Shown: positions 61,601-64,000 of the stretch, piece by piece
How positions within the stretch are numbered: position 1 is the first letter of the stretch
Layout: every line of letters starts with the position of its first letter
Origin: a virus
Strand: one strand, 5' to 3'
Virus record (IMG/VR): IMGVR_UViG_3300028581_000018
Span: 1 to 64,000 of that record
Length of the DNA stretch: 64,000 nucleotides
Translations under genes and position numbers: made by a program
The notes under the pieces: model-generated
The model's input: the letters and a program-made list of their open reading frames with translations, nothing else
Databases searched by the model: none
Told to the model about the DNA's origin: nothing

Positions 61601-61971
61601 TCTTCTTCATCATACATACTTTGTTGTTGCTCATCAACCATTTGATTTTGTTGACGAGATTGTTGCATAGTATAGTATTTCTGAACAGTACCAACCATTT
61701 CTTGTAATGCAGCCTGTTGATCTTCTTGACTCATTGAAGAAATTTGGCTCATTACTTCTTCAGGATCTGATTCTGTAATCTCAGAATACATTTGAATGTA
61801 TTGCATTATTTCATCATCACCACCACCACCTTGTTGCTGTTGCTGTTGTTGTTGACCCCAAGGCATACCACCCACTTGAAAACTAGATAACATTGCATTA
61901 TCGTCAGTTTGCATAGGCCCGTAAAAAGCATAGTCATATAAGTTGGCGCCGGGAGTATATTCTGGTAACAT
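58660..61971 (-). CDS. virion cargo protein with DUF3597-like and L,D-transpeptidase-like (YkuD) modules
   Basis: IVDK...FPVLTG...TPTGTY...AMH...SYGCTN; STLYDIVKSKGYDPSFESRKK...YTGTYEQN. Confidence 0.7.
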   Translation of the reverse strand: MLPEYTPGANLYDYAFYGPMQTDDNAMLSSFQVGGMPWGQQQQQQQQGGGGDDEIMQYIQMYSEITESDPEEVMSQISSMSQEDQQAALQEMVGTVQKYYTMQQSRQQNQMVDEQQQSMYDEEDESAQPAQYQKSYNTPTPEELAGLEAEEEQYNAAVEAATADYGEEDYMYGGSKRGRNKFTSQLKKAARGMAQEMVNTDGLPTGDSSYGGERLKKFVAGIQRNVANTMADEAVEQSMDYFSQPPMMRYGGLPTFQGTQNSQTGNTSNTGNISLTPEQFNQLLAAQNRGATPQYPGIGRSVNMSNLLSMFGAAPISNDWFQPRGYSLTRKSARDFADAQKVYGTIPLDRSYLSNVEAKKGFLGNINNPRTLSMQFSRSLPPLNFPQETSTTSGTTSSNKPARIGVPPLLDPNNISPPQQTNIRDYSVTPPSQYTPGIQQIPPTSITGLPTQSINQSIPRDPSYTGAYGQEADNNFAPNSDAINYMRQSLTPIDLSGAGPINLTNQSEVDALKREESFKVSQPNPRNKQSFYQEDSYQTGGSTLYDIVKSKGYDPSFESRKKIFQDYFDEPYTGTYEQNSTLKKELLSGNIQLVNDINRKKNTEDFKTVQQPKTTNVSSRSSQIDQSNNQKPSTPKVVNQAKKQNAKEVNNVKVKIPPLLQRRNGIDFKNTGNSPFQGDGYYENKDLRSNLESGVIVDKATGTINFVRAGKIDQKFPVLTGLAGKNYETDPNANPYPVSYLKDNPAARSTPTGTYNMKYDKSIYGYPGYYQKPIAAFGEDAPIATTPLAMHVVYGAGAKPGYTWDPSQGIGAKPHHDPVEYQSRLKRFSQPDNRFGSYGCTNFEPYSLECLTERFGTEGDTAVYIDSRNPEDKKFIENFPVAPPLKNKQNGGQLYLYKNGGLPRFQGPDASEVTLAPRSISNPGQSAKTFGDTEFAMEPFDNSALVGARPQPMQLPTKTAKERAQEVDPDASMKTFGLNFRKDPLSVTQYGDIGYAGANLITNLKNRADQELAQAEMLNRETDPYNYFAQTYANPDEGININTYDMSRPYQSFMGQRQQFSPGVSSGFAKFGGMMKMGGTYEMDLTPEEVAYIQRMGGTIEYL

Positions 61972-61998
61972 AGTATCTGTATTAAGGTTAAAATACGA

Positions 61999-63468
61999 TT
62001 ATTTTTTGGATTTAGAAAATCTAGGGGACTGGCGTTGTATGAAGTTTAGTACTGGGTCTCCTGCTGTTGGTAGAGAACCGCCAAATTGCTTAGACATATA
62101 TTGCAACTGGTTTTCTCCAAAATATCCTTCTGGATTATAGGTAACATTGTAATTGTTATAAACTTCTGGATTTAACTGATAACCATACATTGATTCCATC
62201 CAAGCTGTAGGATGTTGTTTAGATTTTAACCACATACCTGTTTCTTCATCTACTGAAGGATAATGTCCTGCTTCATCTGGAGTGTAACCTAGCTCTGATG
62301 CTCTTTTCATATTGTAGTCACCACCCTTTTGAAAGTTTAGATTACCACCAAATCTTTGCATAGGTTGTGCATCTTGCATTTGATTTACTCCGTATGCTCC
62401 TGCTCCTATACCCATAACTGGTGCTAATGCTTTATATATATTAGGATTAGTCATGTCAAAAAATCCTACATTACCTGTTGCTGATTTAAGTTGTTTGTTT
62501 TTAGGAATACTCTGTTCCCATGCATATTTACCTGTTAAAGGATTAGGTCTAGCTAACTGTGGATTAAACTGACCCTCGTATTGAAATCTTGGTAACGCTC
62601 CGCCTAGTTGTTTAAAACTATCATATCCTTTTTGTATAGATTTATCTTTAGCTTTCTGTACGCTTGTTCTAAAACTTCCCCTATTTTCACCTTTTTCTAT
62701 CTTTTTATGACCTTGTAACCATAAATCTACTAATGGCAATTTATTATCAGCATAATCTTTAAGCTTTGCACTTGACTCAGATAAGTTTATTAAGAATAAA
62801 GAGTATTGTTGTTCTGGAGAAAGTTCAAGTGCAGACTTAGCACTTAGTATTTTAGGATCCGGTTTAAGGTTTAATCTATCAGATATTCTCTGATATCTAT
62901 TTTGAGCAGTTATTAAAGAAGGAGCTTCAAATTGAAATATTCCTCTTCCAGGGCCTCCACTATTTTGCATTTGTAAAGGATCCATTGTGTGACCAGATTC
63001 ATGATAACCAATAGTGTCAGCCATGTGTCCCCATAAATCTCTAGTACCACCTCTGGTTTCTACTAAATAATCTAGTGTGTTATCTAAATCTAGAACATCA
63101 GATTTTTTCTTTTCCATGTACTCTGCATTAGGATTAATGTTCATATGAACTCTTAATGCATCTGGTTGTTGAATAGGTACTTGTAATCCTACTTGAGCCA
63201 TGGGTAACTCTAGAACATTCTTACCAGGAAACTGATACTCTTGATTGGGATACATCATTTGACCATATCCTGTTTCATCTTGACCATATACTGGATAAGG
63301 GACTCCACGCATCGTAATTCTACCATCATCTGTTGGCACCATTGTATTCATACCTGGAAAATCCCACTGACCCCTTTGAGAAACTATAATATTTTTTACT
63401 TTCTCAAACATTTCATTAGGCCCACCTGGTAAGCCTTGTCTAGAATTTTTTGAATAAGTCTTTTTCAT
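61999..63468 (-). CDS. virion protein with lysozyme/transglycosylase-like module
   Basis: GQWDFPG...ITMRGVPYPV N-terminal domain; GYHESG...GPGRGIFQFE. Confidence 0.65.
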   Translation of the reverse strand: MKKTYSKNSRQGLPGGPNEMFEKVKNIIVSQRGQWDFPGMNTMVPTDDGRITMRGVPYPVYGQDETGYGQMMYPNQEYQFPGKNVLELPMAQVGLQVPIQQPDALRVHMNINPNAEYMEKKKSDVLDLDNTLDYLVETRGGTRDLWGHMADTIGYHESGHTMDPLQMQNSGGPGRGIFQFEAPSLITAQNRYQRISDRLNLKPDPKILSAKSALELSPEQQYSLFLINLSESSAKLKDYADNKLPLVDLWLQGHKKIEKGENRGSFRTSVQKAKDKSIQKGYDSFKQLGGALPRFQYEGQFNPQLARPNPLTGKYAWEQSIPKNKQLKSATGNVGFFDMTNPNIYKALAPVMGIGAGAYGVNQMQDAQPMQRFGGNLNFQKGGDYNMKRASELGYTPDEAGHYPSVDEETGMWLKSKQHPTAWMESMYGYQLNPEVYNNYNVTYNPEGYFGENQLQYMSKQFGGSLPTAGDPVLNFIQRQSPRFSKSKK

Positions 63469-63998
63469 CGTGATGAAAACTGTAATTTTTCATTAAATGA
63501 TCTGAGTATCATGTTTACATTACCAGACACTCGCTTCCTTAAAAGTACATAATTTATATAATGCCTAAACTTTTTACGCTGTGTTTGAAGCTTGTTGTAA
63601 TTTAAGTTGTTAGGATTTAATGTTTTTAGATAACCATTTGGTTGTGTATTCCATATTTGCCTTTGGGCAATAGGGTTAAATTCGCCGCGATCATCTGTGA
63701 TATCCCAGAACTGATTAAATCTTATCTTCTGTTCTTCTTTAGCGTATAGTATATCAATAAAACCTGGGTTAATAATTGGGTAAGCAAGATTTGCAATACC
63801 ATTATTTTTAGACTGAAGATTTAATCTTAGCAACCCTGATGTTTGCTCTGTATTCCAGATTATTGCTTCGTCGAAGTTGTAATCTAAAATTTGAAAATCA
63901 TCTGTGCAGTTGTTTAAATTTCTAGCAACAAAAGATTCTACTGTATATTCTAAACTTCTCAATGTAAATACTTGCTGGCCGCTAGCTACAGGTATCTC
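63465..63998 (-). CDS. C-terminus of a tail stabilization-like structural protein (5' partial)
   Basis: Frame open to the window edge (EIPVASGQQVFTLRSLEY...NFDEAIIWNTEQTSG...FNQFWD). Confidence 0.6.
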   Translation of the reverse strand, partial: EIPVASGQQVFTLRSLEYTVESFVARNLNNCTDDFQILDYNFDEAIIWNTEQTSGLLRLNLQSKNNGIANLAYPIINPGFIDILYAKEEQKIRFNQFWDITDDRGEFNPIAQRQIWNTQPNGYLKTLNPNNLNYNKLQTQRKKFRHYINYVLLRKRVSGNVNMILRSFNEKLQFSSR

Positions 63999-64000
63999 AA

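Noticed and set aside
61820-61856. Poly-Gln/poly-Gly microsatellite as a phase-variation tract
   Set aside because: Mixed-codon trinucleotide repeat that would not shift the frame; ordinary low-complexity sequence
28056-63432. Numerous short + strand and alternate-frame ORFs within the giant - strand genes
   Set aside because: Shadow ORFs with Ser/Leu/Phe-rich antisense composition
1-64000. tRNA, rRNA, integrase, reverse transcriptase/DGR
   Set aside because: None recognised; intergenic space is minimal and is explained by terminators and introns

Overview
AT-rich 64-kb segment of a large Bacteroidota (probably Flavobacteria-infecting) phage of the crAss-like/phi14:2-related type, read in the standard genetic code. 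The + strand (1-24.8 kb) carries small accessory genes and a replication/recombination block: UDG, DnaB-type helicase, AAA ATPase, SSB, primase, RuvC-like resolvase, HExxH/vWA protein plus MoxR-like ATPase, PD-(D/E)XK nuclease, family B DNA polymerase and a MazG-like enzyme. Five group I introns, each with a homing endonuclease, interrupt three of these genes. I could place their splice sites from P1 pairing and omega-G, and all three spliced genes are restored in frame. The - strand (24.8-64 kb) encodes giant virion/ejection proteins, including a 4049-aa virion RNA polymerase (GGDFDFD). The most striking observation is that this RNAP ends in four accessory domains (Macro, SLOG-like, DUF4326-like, AlkB-like), each bounded by a conserved DNA repeat encoding a TTQP(S/T) linker. 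This looks like a repeat-delimited, exchangeable cassette array of counter-defence or nucleic-acid-repair domains delivered at injection. Neighbouring virion proteins show similar motif-delimited modules (J-domain, L,D-transpeptidase, lysozyme-like). All family assignments are from motif recognition by eye; no database searches were run.
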